Source: a virus (lineage: Duplodnaviria; Caudoviricetes). Taken from it: 56,056 nt of DNA. The position numbers and the translations under genes are program-made. Location of the stretch: positions 1-56,056 of the IMG/VR virus record IMGVR_UViG_3300030117_003836. The stretch is one strand, 5' to 3'. Within the stretch, counting starts at the first letter, position 1. Each line of letters begins with the position of its first letter. The notes beneath the pieces are model-generated. The model ran no database searches, was not told the DNA's origin, and worked only from the letters and a program-made list of their open reading frames with translations. Shown here in pieces: positions 19,776 to 32,200 of the stretch.

Positions 19776-20582
19776 ATGTCAAGATATAGATACAACAGAG
19801 GAGCATCTGCTGGAGATGTAATGCTTGCTGTAGATAGATCTCGTGAAGAATTTAAAGAAATTAAAGCTTATGAAGAATATTTATCAGACCTTAGAAAACA
19901 AGCCAAGAAAAAGAAAAAAGGAGGTCTTTTTGGTTCTGTTTTAGGCGCAGTTATAGGTTTTATGGTAGGTGGACCTGCTGGAGCAATGCTTGGCTATGGT
20001 GTCGGTAAAGGCACGGTAGCAGGTGCTATAGGTTATGAAAATTTTAAAAAAAGCAGAAAATCATTAGGTTCAGATGTTTGGCAAGGCGGTAAATTTGATT
20101 ATACTAAAACTAAAAATTTAGCAAAAACATCACTTGAAGACGCTAAAAAACTAAGAGATGCAGATATTACAGGAGCTGTTATAGACATTGCTTTAGGTGC
20201 TACTGGGTATGCAAGTGCTGGAGGTAGTGCTGCTACTAAAGCATGGAGAGCTTCAGATGCTACTTTTGGACAAAAACTTGGTTCTGCATTTAAACCAGAT
20301 GGTTCATCATTAAAAGCTACAACACAAAAATCTGCTGATAGTATTATGGCAGGAAAAGGAAACGTTTTAGATTTAGTGCAAAGACAAAATGCAATTTTAC
20401 AGCCATTTGGAACTGTAGGACGGTCTTTAGCAACTATTGCACGTTCTCCTTTTAATAGCTCTACTATTGGACAGCTTATGAGAATGAATACTGCAAGTGA
20501 AGCAATGAAAAGAGGTGATATAGAACTTGGAGCATATTTATTGTCAGGTTATTATGACAAATTTGGAAGACCTAAAGTTTAA
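19776..20582 (+). CDS. Probable ejection/DNA pilot protein with glycine zipper
   Basis: 268 aa; GGLFGSVLGAVIGFMVGGPAGAMLGYGVG hydrophobic glycine zipper; first gene of the internal-protein block. Confidence 0.6.
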   Translation: MSRYRYNRGASAGDVMLAVDRSREEFKEIKAYEEYLSDLRKQAKKKKKGGLFGSVLGAVIGFMVGGPAGAMLGYGVGKGTVAGAIGYENFKKSRKSLGSDVWQGGKFDYTKTKNLAKTSLEDAKKLRDADITGAVIDIALGATGYASAGGSAATKAWRASDATFGQKLGSAFKPDGSSLKATTQKSADSIMAGKGNVLDLVQRQNAILQPFGTVGRSLATIARSPFNSSTIGQLMRMNTASEAMKRGDIELGAYLLSGYYDKFGRPKV

Positions 20583-20599
20583 AACGCAAAGGAGAGTTT

Positions 20600-21592
20600 A
20601 TGCCCGAATGGGATGAAGGCTTATTAGATTTTGATTACGACCCAAGTACTGGAGATATATCTAGTACTATGGATCCTGCGAGCATAGGTTCGGCATATTA
20701 TAATCTGAATGCAGACAATCCTTATGGAGCATCTATGTTTTGGTTTGATTTATTGCAAGAATTTTTACCAATGCCTTCAGAAGATGCCTGGTGGATGAAT
20801 AGTGGAAATCCAGATACAGTTTTAATTGGAGGTAGTAGCACTATTCCTGAGCAGGGAATTGAAATTAGTAATACTAATTTTGGATTAGGACAGTATGAAG
20901 GTTTTATGCAAATGTATGGAGAGTATTTACCACAAGACTTTGGTTTAGGTCAATCTAGAATTGCAAGAGGGAAAAGATTAAATAGAGCAGGTGTAGGAGT
21001 GTTGCATGGAGACTCTATGTCAGAAGCTGCTAATCTAAGAACTAAATATGGCAAAAGTGGTTTTGCTTCTAGTGGAATGCAAAGTAAAACAGGTCAAGAT
21101 ATATGGAAAAAATATATAGGGTCAGCTAAAGGTAGACAAGAAAATATGAGAGAAATGGAGCATGGTGTGCATGCAGAATTTGGGCAATCTGTATTAGACA
21201 CTTTACAAGGCATGGCAGCAGATAGTGCTTCTGGACAATTTTTTGTAGGTCCAGGTTCTGCTAGTTATGGTGGTTGGAATACTGATTGGTTTGGCGATAC
21301 ACTTAGTTACGATACAGCTGAATCTGGCTTTTTTAATCCAGACATGAGTGTAAACACTGAATATGCTCAATGGGTAGGAGGTATTCATGAATATTGCAAT
21401 AATCCAGACAATATTGGTCAAGAGTATTATCAAATGTGTGCTCAATGGATGCCTACCTCGTCTGAAGAAGCAGATCCAACGCCTGGTGGAGAAACGCCTG
21501 GTGGAGATGATGGCGGTTTTGGATTAGGCGATGATTGGGAATGCATAAATCAAGGACTAACTATGAATCCATATACTGGAGAATGTGAATAA
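20600..21592 (+). CDS. Acidic internal virion protein, paralog A
   Basis: 330 aa; YGEYLPQDF, GKSGFASSG; Cys-containing acidic C-terminus. Confidence 0.5.
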   Translation: MPEWDEGLLDFDYDPSTGDISSTMDPASIGSAYYNLNADNPYGASMFWFDLLQEFLPMPSEDAWWMNSGNPDTVLIGGSSTIPEQGIEISNTNFGLGQYEGFMQMYGEYLPQDFGLGQSRIARGKRLNRAGVGVLHGDSMSEAANLRTKYGKSGFASSGMQSKTGQDIWKKYIGSAKGRQENMREMEHGVHAEFGQSVLDTLQGMAADSASGQFFVGPGSASYGGWNTDWFGDTLSYDTAESGFFNPDMSVNTEYAQWVGGIHEYCNNPDNIGQEYYQMCAQWMPTSSEEADPTPGGETPGGDDGGFGLGDDWECINQGLTMNPYTGECE

Positions 21593-22752
21593 TGCCAATA
21601 AACGATATATATCCAGATTCGACTAGTACAGATTTAATGCAACAATTGTTGCCTTATTTGTATGATAGTCAAGAAAATACTATGCTTAATCCTGATGATT
21701 GGATGGCTCAATATGGTAGCTATTTAACGCCTTTTGATACACAGCCTGACTTAACTGTGCTTGAACGATTAAATCTTGTAAATAAGGATTCTAGAGACAA
21801 ATCAATGGAAACTATATCAGATATTCAATCTGGAATAGGCATGTCAGGCTTTGGAGGCTCTTATTTAGGAGATGTAGCTGCTACTGCTAGAGATAAATTA
21901 TCTTTAGAATTACAATCAAATTATGCAAATGCTTTACAAGAAACTAGGTCTGCTCAACAAATGTGGCAAACAGATTTATATCAAAGTTTAGGAGTGCTTG
22001 CAGGTATGGAAGCATTTAATACTCCTCCTGGTGTAGAACTAATTACTGATGAAAGTCAAATTAATGCAATGTTTGATAATTATTATGAAGAAACTACACC
22101 TAATCAATTTGCAATAGGTGACAATACTACTACATGCCCTTGTCCAAACGGAGGGTATTCTATAATGTGTTGTGATGAGAATATAACGACTGATTTAAGC
22201 TCACCTTGGGATTCAGTAACTGGACCTCAAGGTTTAGATGATCCTAATTTACCAGACATAAACGATCCTAATGTATCTTTTGAAGATGTTGCTGCTTGGT
22301 ATGGAAGTATGAATCCATTAAGTGTTTCAGGAGCTTATGGAGCTGTTGATGCAGATTTTATGGCTTTAATAGGACAGGCAAGTTGGGGAGAAGAAGCTAT
22401 TGAAAATTTAGCTGACATGTATGGTGACCAAAGCAATTATCAAGACTGTATTGCTGGAGCGTCTAGCGTTGAAGAAATGCAGGCATGTTATGATAACACA
22501 GTATCTGATTTTTCTGAAGCAATGAGTGATTATACAGCTGGAATAGAAATTGGAGAAGTTTGTTCGCCAAGTAGTCCTTATTACGATTATGGTTTATGTC
22601 AACAATGGACATATGAAGAAGAAGAACCTGTTACTGATGATAGTGATTATGACCCTCAAGATGAAGTAGATGAAGGTGATATTGGAGATGATTATTATGA
22701 AGATGATTATGTTTATGATGATGATGATATTGATGAAGGAGATTACAGTTAA
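21592..22752 (+). CDS. Highly acidic, Cys-rich internal virion protein, paralog B
   Basis: 386 aa; YGSYLTPFD, GMSGFGGS; CPCPNGGYSIMCC; Asp/Glu/Tyr tail. Confidence 0.5.
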   Translation: MPINDIYPDSTSTDLMQQLLPYLYDSQENTMLNPDDWMAQYGSYLTPFDTQPDLTVLERLNLVNKDSRDKSMETISDIQSGIGMSGFGGSYLGDVAATARDKLSLELQSNYANALQETRSAQQMWQTDLYQSLGVLAGMEAFNTPPGVELITDESQINAMFDNYYEETTPNQFAIGDNTTTCPCPNGGYSIMCCDENITTDLSSPWDSVTGPQGLDDPNLPDINDPNVSFEDVAAWYGSMNPLSVSGAYGAVDADFMALIGQASWGEEAIENLADMYGDQSNYQDCIAGASSVEEMQACYDNTVSDFSEAMSDYTAGIEIGEVCSPSSPYYDYGLCQQWTYEEEEPVTDDSDYDPQDEVDEGDIGDDYYEDDYVYDDDDIDEGDYS

Positions 22753-23339
22753 TGCGTGGCAAAAAACATAATTATAAAGTTGGTTCATTTGAGACTAATG
22801 CATATAGGAAAAGACCTACTTTTGAAAGAGTTACTAATTTTTTAGATGAAATGGGCTCAGATATGTCTGACCATGATGTTTATTTGTGGGGTTCTTGGCC
22901 TGAGAAAAAATCAACATGGGATGTAGACTTATTGTTAAAAACTCCTGGAGACTTAGACTATGAACAAATGGAAAACATATCTAAAAGAGCTTTAGATGTA
23001 AGTTTAAATCAAAATCAATTTTTAGCAGATGTAGGCTATACAAATAAAGAAATAATACCTTTTAATAATTATAAAGATATGTTTTTAAAAACAGGCAGAA
23101 GAAGGCCTCATACAGGCTATGTATATGGAGAAAAATGGATGGTAGATGATAAGGTTTATAAGGATAGAAGTAAATTTCAAAATGGAGTAGTTATCCCTAA
23201 ATCTAATAATATATTAAAAATTAACAGTGTTATGCCTTATCCTAAAATGATAAAATCCTTACAAAATAAGACATATGATTCTTTATATGCAAATAAACCT
23301 ACATTAATTAAACCAAGAAGGAAAGTATATTCTATATGA
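22752..23339 (+). CDS. Pol-beta-superfamily nucleotidyltransferase
   Basis: VYLWGS-x8-DVDLLL motif with a third acidic residue in FLADVG. Confidence 0.65.
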   Translation: MRGKKHNYKVGSFETNAYRKRPTFERVTNFLDEMGSDMSDHDVYLWGSWPEKKSTWDVDLLLKTPGDLDYEQMENISKRALDVSLNQNQFLADVGYTNKEIIPFNNYKDMFLKTGRRRPHTGYVYGEKWMVDDKVYKDRSKFQNGVVIPKSNNILKINSVMPYPKMIKSLQNKTYDSLYANKPTLIKPRRKVYSI

Positions 23340-24790
23340 GCTACAAAGACGTATTAAAAATACATAACATGAAAATGGAAAACGATAGCTTAACTAATGC
23401 GTTAGATATGTTATATAATGTAGCTGCAACAGGTTATTCTATTGAGAGTAAAAATGAAGAAGAAAGAGAACAAGAAGAAAAATTTAATAGAGAATTAAGA
23501 TCTGTTGAGGTAGGTAGATTATCAAGGCTTCACCCAGGTATACCATTAACTGATTATGGAAATCCAGTATACAACGAAGAAGATTTTCAGGCTTATAAAA
23601 ATGAAATAATACAAAAAGAAAATTTAAATACTTTAGGAAGACAATTCGTTCCTACTGATGGAGTCATATCTCAAGAAGCACAACAAGATATGTTTACATA
23701 TGGAGATACTAGATTCAGTTTAGATGAAACTGCTGGTATAGTGTCACAAGAAGATTTGTTAAATTTTGATGCATGGCTATTAGGAGAAGGAGGATATGGT
23801 AGAGATATAGCAAAAAGACACAATCATATGGGAATATTAAATGAAAGCATTACAGATTCAGATTCACCTTATTATGGTAGATATGTATTAGATGCTGGTG
23901 ATTATCACGATTTAAAAGATAAAGGACTTTTACCTAATATGATGCCTGATGCTAGTGGTAATTATTTGTTAAATGAAACTCAAAGAAATGATGTAATTAA
24001 AAAATATAATTATTGGAGAGAAGGATTTGTTTCATCTAGAGAATTGCCTACAAAAAGTTCTATATCAACATTAATAGCAGGTGAAAATGCAAGAGACTTA
24101 GAGTTTGAAAACACCTTAAGAAAAAACAAAAAATATGAAAATGTATTTAATCAATTGGATAGCTGGAAAGATGTTCTTAATCCTGAAAAACCATTGTCAA
24201 TTATAGATGATAATGGAGACTATACTGCAGATTATATTAGAGATGGTGAGTTAAGAAATGAAAGCTTAACTCAAAAACAATTTATGGAAAAATATCCATT
24301 AGTATACAATATGTTAAAAACTAATTTTACTATAGAATCTGTATTCCAAGATGTTTCTTCTAATATAGAATTGCAACAACAGCTAGAAGAAATTCCTTCA
24401 TTAAAGGAATATTTCTATCATTTATTTGGACAATTACAAGATGTTGAATCTCAAAGAAGAAAAGCTGGTATAGGTTTAAATCAATATCAACATGTTAACA
24501 ATTCTATGATCGTAGGTGAGGCAAGAGATATAGTATTAAATGATTTAAGAGGTGGTAAATTTGATTATGGTGTTTTATATGACCCTGAAAAATATGCTCA
24601 ACTCAACAGTGCTCAAAAAGATACTTTAATGGACAAATTAATTGATTTAGAAGCTCAATATGCAAATCCTCAAAGTTTAGATTATAATGAGAATGTATTG
24701 AGATTTTTAAGCTTATATGGCTATAATGATGGGCAAACTGTTCCTGGTGAAGCATTAGCTAACATTTTACAAGAATTGAGGCAGCAATAA
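23336..24790 (+). CDS. Probable internal virion/ejection protein
   Basis: 484 aa helical protein; operon position. Confidence 0.45.
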   Translation: MSYKDVLKIHNMKMENDSLTNALDMLYNVAATGYSIESKNEEEREQEEKFNRELRSVEVGRLSRLHPGIPLTDYGNPVYNEEDFQAYKNEIIQKENLNTLGRQFVPTDGVISQEAQQDMFTYGDTRFSLDETAGIVSQEDLLNFDAWLLGEGGYGRDIAKRHNHMGILNESITDSDSPYYGRYVLDAGDYHDLKDKGLLPNMMPDASGNYLLNETQRNDVIKKYNYWREGFVSSRELPTKSSISTLIAGENARDLEFENTLRKNKKYENVFNQLDSWKDVLNPEKPLSIIDDNGDYTADYIRDGELRNESLTQKQFMEKYPLVYNMLKTNFTIESVFQDVSSNIELQQQLEEIPSLKEYFYHLFGQLQDVESQRRKAGIGLNQYQHVNNSMIVGEARDIVLNDLRGGKFDYGVLYDPEKYAQLNSAQKDTLMDKLIDLEAQYANPQSLDYNENVLRFLSLYGYNDGQTVPGEALANILQELRQQ

Positions 24791-26232
24791 TGAGTATTTC
24801 AGATGATATAAAATTAAGATTAGGTAAAAAGAATGTAGAATCATTAAATGTGCTTGCACAACAGAATGAGCAATCGTTAATAGATAGCACAAAACAGGCT
24901 CGTATAGACTCTATAGCTTTCGAACAAGCAAGAAGAGATTCTATTTTAAAGCATTTAAAAACACATCAAACACTAAAGGATTTAGAAAATTTAGATAGTC
25001 AATTTAAAGAAAATCAGCCAATGTCTTCTGTATATTTAAATCCAGAATATCAAGAGCAAAGTGAAAATGCAATATATGATTTACTTACTAATATGATTGT
25101 TCATGAAGCACAAACAAACATTACTGATGACTATGGTAGATATAATACTTTACGAGAAGATTTAATTAATATACATTCTCCATATCAAAAAGTTTATAGT
25201 GGTGGATCTACTGATACAGGTTACGGAATGGGAATAGAAACTATGGAAGATATACCACCTTCAGATATATCTACTAGACCAGATTTAATAACCATAGGCA
25301 AATATTTTAGCGGACCTAATAATATAGACAGAATGTGGCCTTCAGATACTAAAAAGTTTAAAGAACCAACATCATTTGAAAGTAATTTAGACCTTACATT
25401 TAATATTAATAGATATTTAGAAGAAGGCCCATATTACAGAACAGAAAATCATGATTTTAGGTCTGCTACTGTTGCTAGAATGGTTGCCAGTGACCAAGAA
25501 ATTAGAGATTTGATATTAGGTAGAGCAGATTTAAATGAAGAAACACAAAAATGGGAAGTTTCAGGAGGCTTAGTTTCTTTAATAGATAGTTACAATCTTA
25601 CTGGAGAATCTAATATGTGGAAATGGATGAAAGAAACTTTTGGATTGCAAGATATTTATAGGTCAAATACTATGAAAATAATAGATGTTGCTTTAAAAGC
25701 AAAGAAAATGGGTAGAGATTATTTTACAGACCCTGGTGGCTTTATGACTGAAAATAAAGCAATTATGGGTAAATTTTATAATGTATCTGGAATGAGCAGA
25801 GAAATGTTAGAAAGATTATCTGCGTATCCAGAAGAACAGCAAGTAATTATTAGAAAAAGTTTACAAGAAGCAGTAGACCTTGTATACAGCAAAGGTTTGG
25901 AAATAGAAAAGCATGCTAATGAATTGGTTGACCGATTTGAAGCGTATCAAAAACAATTTCCAAGTAAAAAAGGGGTGTCTAAAATGTTAGATATGCCATC
26001 AGAAAATAAAGATTTAGTGTTATCAGAACAATATAAAAAAGATTTACAGGGATCAATAAGTGCTTATAAGTCTATATCAGGAAAAGATTTTGATGTATAT
26101 GAAGCTTTAAATAATATATCATTAACTCAATTAAATGAAGAATTAGACAAACTTCCTGATGAAGAAAGAACAGACGCAATAGACCAATATTTAATTAATT
26201 TGACGCAAGTTGGCGGTGCGCCAGCAGAATAA
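24790..26232 (+). CDS. Probable internal virion/ejection protein
   Basis: 480 aa helical protein; operon position. Confidence 0.45.
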   Translation: MSISDDIKLRLGKKNVESLNVLAQQNEQSLIDSTKQARIDSIAFEQARRDSILKHLKTHQTLKDLENLDSQFKENQPMSSVYLNPEYQEQSENAIYDLLTNMIVHEAQTNITDDYGRYNTLREDLINIHSPYQKVYSGGSTDTGYGMGIETMEDIPPSDISTRPDLITIGKYFSGPNNIDRMWPSDTKKFKEPTSFESNLDLTFNINRYLEEGPYYRTENHDFRSATVARMVASDQEIRDLILGRADLNEETQKWEVSGGLVSLIDSYNLTGESNMWKWMKETFGLQDIYRSNTMKIIDVALKAKKMGRDYFTDPGGFMTENKAIMGKFYNVSGMSREMLERLSAYPEEQQVIIRKSLQEAVDLVYSKGLEIEKHANELVDRFEAYQKQFPSKKGVSKMLDMPSENKDLVLSEQYKKDLQGSISAYKSISGKDFDVYEALNNISLTQLNEELDKLPDEERTDAIDQYLINLTQVGGAPAE

Positions 26233-26242
26233 GGGGATATAA

Positions 26243-29200
26243 ATGAGTTTGGAACGTGACATAGCTCTTTTTTTAGCTCAAGAAGAGAAACGTAAAACCC
26301 AATTAGGACAAATACCTGCCGATTCATCTACAGAAAGAATACTAGACCAAGGCAAAGAAAATCAACTTCCAGTAAAAAATTCAGTATACTCTAATGCTAT
26401 TATGAACTCTGTTGTAAATGCAGACAGAGGTCCTATGGCAGAATTTATAGGTGAAATGGCTTGGGGTTTTGCTGATGAATATACTTTAGGTGGTCTTGGT
26501 ATGGCTGAAGAATATGATTGGCTTGAAAGATCTACTGGTGCTAAACCTTTGCAGGAAGGCTTAGAAGGATTTAGAGATATAACCCAAGGTGGAAGAAAAG
26601 TAATCGACCCTGCAACAGGTGAATCTTATAGACCAGGACCTCAAAGTTTTATGGGTAAATTAGGTGGAGGTGTTGGTGTTGTAGGTGGTTTTATAGCAGG
26701 TGCTCCACAAAAAATACTTAAAATAGGTGGAAAAGCATTAACATGGACTACTGCATTAGCCACTCGTAAAAAAACATTTGCAAAAACTTTAAAACAAATA
26801 CAGAAATCTACAGAACCTCTTACTTCAGCTTCACCAGAGGCAGCAATATTTAATAATGTCTTACATGGTGCAACTGCTAGAGCTGTTATTACAGCAGCTA
26901 GACCTGGAAAATTAAATAACGTAGATAATTTTGCTCAACATATAAGTTCAGGTATTAAAGGAACTATTGATGATGCTGTAGAATCAGGTTTGTTAGATAG
27001 AAAAACTGCTGAATCATTAGGAGATGTTTATACTAAATATCTATCTGATAGACCTTTAACGTCTATGGTGGATTATTTTACAACTAATGCTACGAACTCT
27101 AGATTGGCTTATACTGTTGGTAGCATTATACAAGAAGGTTTACAATTTGGTATTTTAGATGGAATTAGAGCTGGTGTGCATGTAGGATTTGGTCTTGATG
27201 ATGAAATACACCATCATTATGATTTAATGGAACCTGTTTGGGGATTAGGTATTGGTGGAGCATTTGGTGCTTTAAAATGGATGAAACCTGCAGGTAAATC
27301 TGCATCTAGTAGAGTAGACTTTAAATCTGGTGTTAGAGCTGCTTTAGAGGATGGAAAAAACATATTAAAAACTGATGGATATGCTACCTTAAAAGCAAAA
27401 ACTGAGGCTATAGGGGCTGATGCAAAAATACTAGGTCAACATATTAAGCAAGTAAAAGTGGGTGAAAAAACATATTCTTTTGATTTAACAAGCGTAGAAA
27501 GTGAAGCTGTTAGAGTTTTAAGTGATGCTGGTAGAAAAATTAGTGACGAAGCTAAAGCTGATTTAGTTAGGGAAGTATTAGGTAAAACAGTTAATGATTA
27601 TGGAAAACAATTAATGAAATGGGCTTGGAAAGAAAACTGGGCAAATGTAGCAGAAAACTGGCCTAAGATGGTATTGGGTGCAGGTATTATGAATGCTAGG
27701 TTGTATTATGATATGTATCAAGGCCAACCTGTTGGAACAGATGATTTAATGGTAAATGTATTAATAGGTGCTTATTTAAATAGACGTGGAACACCAAGAA
27801 GGACAGACATGTTTCCAGAAACAGTTCAAAGATTAAGGTCTGGTTTACATACTTTAAATATATTGCCTAAAGAATATATAAAAACAAACCCTTTTAGACA
27901 GATGCCTACATTGGATCCTGCAAGAAGCAGTTCTATGAATCCTTTTGCATCTGATATAGAGTTAAATAAAATAGTACAAGCAGCTAAAGAATTAGGTTTA
28001 ACTACTAATAATTTTGATAAAATAGACCAACCAATAGAAATAGTTACAGAAACTCAACCAGGGACTGGATTTAAAACTATTGAATTTGCTACAGGATATG
28101 GCAAACGTTCAGTAAGTCAATCTGGAGAACCCTTACCATTGTTTCATGAATTTTATAGATTTTTAGAAGGTGCTACTACTGATAAATATGTTAGAAATTT
28201 AGATAATATACCAGAATCAGCAGCATTAAAAATAGAAGCTATGTTAAGAAAGAAATTTGATAATGAAGCTGATATGCGTACATATATGCGTAAAAGAGTT
28301 GATAATGCTGGAGATAGATTTGAAGCTGAAATAGTAGGTGCTACTGTTGATTTAATGAATATATTAGGAGTTCAAACAGGAGGTAAAGGAGAAGGAAGTA
28401 TTGGTAAAATACCTTCAGTTATTACAGTTAATGATGTAATTATGAAAGCTGCTGAAGCTGGTACTTTACATAATTATTTAGATTCTTTTAAAGGTGTTAA
28501 AAATCAAGCTGATGCATTAAGAGCATTATTGAAAAAAGCAAACATTATGACAAATACTTCATTTGAATTAATGAGAGCTAATAAAAAAGAAACAGACCAA
28601 GCATTTGTTATTAAAGATTTTGCTCAAATAGAAGCAATTAGAGAGTTAATTAAAACTAGAGAGATAGGCATTAACAATGAACTAGGAATTAAACCTGATG
28701 CTAGTAATGCATTTAAATTTGAAAACGCTTGGCAATTAACATCGTATTTAAAAAGTCGTTTAATGAATAGAAAGGCTAGTATCTTTTCTAGAATATTAGA
28801 TAGAAACTTAGACACAAATCAAGAAATGTTCCAAGTTTTATTAGATTCAGGGTTATTAAAAGCAGATGGATTAAACTTAGACCCTAGAAGAATATCAGAT
28901 ATATCTAAAATTAATATTGTTGATAATAATTTTGTTACTGTAAAAGATTCCAGATTAGTTAGTGATCATCAATTATTTTTAAGTTCTGTATTAGAAGTGC
29001 TAGGAGCAAAAGGGCAGTATAATGTACATGAAAACCCAGTTAATATTAGCTTAGGTCAAATACAAAGATTAAGAAATTATTTAAATAATAAAGGTGTCAA
29101 TACAGATGGTCCTTCTTTAGCAGCTTTTTCTACTGAAGTTGTAAGAAGAATTACATATCAAAACTTTAAAGATTCTAAATTAACTCAAGAAAACGTAGGG

Positions 29201-32200
29201 GTGTTTCAAGCATTTCATTCATTAGGTGGTGTTAATGCTCAAGATGGTAGTTTCCATATAATGAAATATGATAGAATATCAAAAGGAAAGCCTGTTGGTA
29301 TTGTAGCAAATAAAATAGCATATGAAGGTAGTGATGTAAGAATACAAGAAATAGTAAAAGAATACAATTCATATGTTGATTCTATGATTCGAAATGGTAA
29401 AATAGAAGGCAAGCAAGAAAACTTTGTAAAAGAAGGTAGTTTATATACAATTACTAATGAAAATACTTTTTTAACAATACAATCAATATTATATGATGCT
29501 ATACACAAAACTGCAGGTAGTGCAAGAAAAGAATTAATGGATTTTATGTTAGCTGATTTAAGCAAAAGTAAAGCAAGAGATGCTACATTAACCTTTATGT
29601 CTGCTTATCCTGAAAAAACGTCTAAATTAATCAAATTAATGATAAATAATGGCACTTTAGAGCTTAAAAAGAATGATGGAAGTTTAGAAGGTACTTATGA
29701 GTATTATGTTAACAAAGAAAAATTTAACCAAAAAGAGATACAAAGCAAGATATTAGAATTTATAGATAAACATGGTATCAATTTAGATACTTTAGAAACT
29801 ATGACTTCCAATGCTGAGAAACAATTAGAAACATATTTAGAGCAAAGATATGGAGTAGGCGATCATAAAGCTGGTATAACTGTAAATGATTTCTTTAAAA
29901 CTTATTTACCTGAAAAACCTTTAGACCCAACTAAAATGAGTGAATACCTTGTTGATAAACTTTATGATATAAATAATAACTTAAGAGATTTTACTGCTAT
30001 CAATGAAATATTAAATGAAATGAATATTCCTCGTGGTAAAGAACAACAAGCTTATCAGCATTTAATGCAAATTGTTTCTAATAAAGTTCAAGGAGTAACT
30101 AAAAAAGTTATTTATTGGTCTGATGGTCAAGTAAAAGTAAAAGATACAGATTTAGCATCATATAGAACTCCTTACTTTACAATGTTAGATAAAATAGGAT
30201 TAAAATATGCTTTAGTTGATGGTACTTCTCATGACTGGGTATTACATCCAGAAACAAATAAACTATTATATCAACCACTAGATATATTCCAAAACAATTC
30301 TACTATTATAGGTAAAGCAGACAGACAAATGATTCAACAGAGACGTGAATTATTTTTAGATATGCTTAATGGTAAAAAAGACATAGAAGGATTTGAATCA
30401 GGTATGACTTTTATAGAAATGCCTGGTTTAAAAATGTCTTTAGCTGTTAGTAAAGCTGATATAGATTTAGTTAGAACTGCATTTAATGAAATGTATACAA
30501 GGCAAATAGCAAATGCTCCTGAAAATAGTTTAGCTAAAAAGAAATTAGAGCATTATAAAAAAGCATTAGAACAATCGTTATCTATGGATGATTTTCATGT
30601 ACCAGAAGCAATTAAAATGTTAATAGCAGAATCTATGTTTGTTGGTAAAAATAAAAATAAACTTATAGATTATTTAGAAATGGGTCCTGGAGACCCTGAG
30701 TTAAACAAAATGTTTGTAGGTAGACAGAAATTGTTTAATACAATGAAATTTAAAAGAATAGATAAAGATTTAATTACAGCATTTCAAGAATCCAATATGT
30801 TTGAAAATGGTAGTCGTCAAGACATAGTATTAGAAAAGTATTTAACTAAAAATAAATTTGGTGTTGCTTTATACAATGATGGTTTAAATAGCTTTGATTT
30901 AAAAACTATGTTTGAAGCTGAAAATGGTAAAGGTTCATGGCAAAAATATTATGGTGAAAGAGCTAGAGAGTCTTCTCATGATAGTATTAGTTTTATATCA
31001 AGAGAAATGGCAGAGTTTTTAGGTTTAGCTTATGGAGCTCCTGGTTCTAAAGTTTTTAAACCAGTTATTAGTTCTCAAGGTAAAGGTAATTTATTATATG
31101 GTAAAACAGAATTTGTTTATGACCCTAAATTAGACAACTTTTTCAATAAGAATAAAGGCATTGATATATTGATGGCTTCATCTGCTGAAAAACTAAAATT
31201 ATATGAAGGAAAAGAGATACTTCAAGTAGAAAAACAAGATTTTTATAACATAGGAAAAGTAAGTGAGAAATTAATTATTGATATACCTTTAGAAGCAGTA
31301 GGAGTGCAAAAAATTCCTGATCATTTTACTCCAGGTAAACTAGCTCCAAGTGTTATGAATACTAATACTGATATAGATATAGCTCGTTCATTATATGCAG
31401 ATTATTTTGCAGACAATATAGCTATTGGTATGAAAAACATGTCTGAAATATTAAAAAATCCTTTTGTTGAATATGAATTAATGAGACGTATAAAAGAGGG
31501 ACAAAGCACAGGTAAATATGAAGATTTAGAATTGTTAGATAGTTATGATGCTGCTCAAAGCTTACAATTAGAATGGCTAAAAGTTAGTCCTTATGCGTCT
31601 ATAGATGTATTTGGTCCTAATGCTAAGATGAATCCATTAAAAGCTAGATTTTTAGATCAAGCTATGGCTCCTAGTACTGAATATTACCACAATAATAAAA
31701 GATATAGATTTGGTGCAAAATCAACGTTAATGCAAACAATGGATACTGCTCTTCAAGGGACATTATTTAACCCAGAAACAGGCAAAATAGAGCGTTATGG
31801 AGAGGTTATGTTGCCAGAAGCATTAGGAGCAGAAGATATTAATTTTGCAGCACGTAATTATAAGGTTAAAGTTATTAATAAAAAGACTAATGAGATTTCT
31901 GATGCAGAAGTTATTTTTAATAAATTTGGAGCTAACAAGTCTTTTTCATATAAAGATATAGCTAATAGTGCAAGACCATTAGAATCTTTATTTAATGTAT
32001 TTGAAAGAGGTGCTTTAAAAGATTATGATTTAGCTATATCTACAATGAGATTTCCTAGAACAAGACCTAATGATTTAACATTATTAAGATTAAGAGGATT
32101 TAAAAAAGGTTCTGGTAACGCAACAGAAGTCAATCCTTATGATGTTTACCATATATTTGAAGGAGATTATGATATTGATGCTGTAGACTTTACATGGGCT

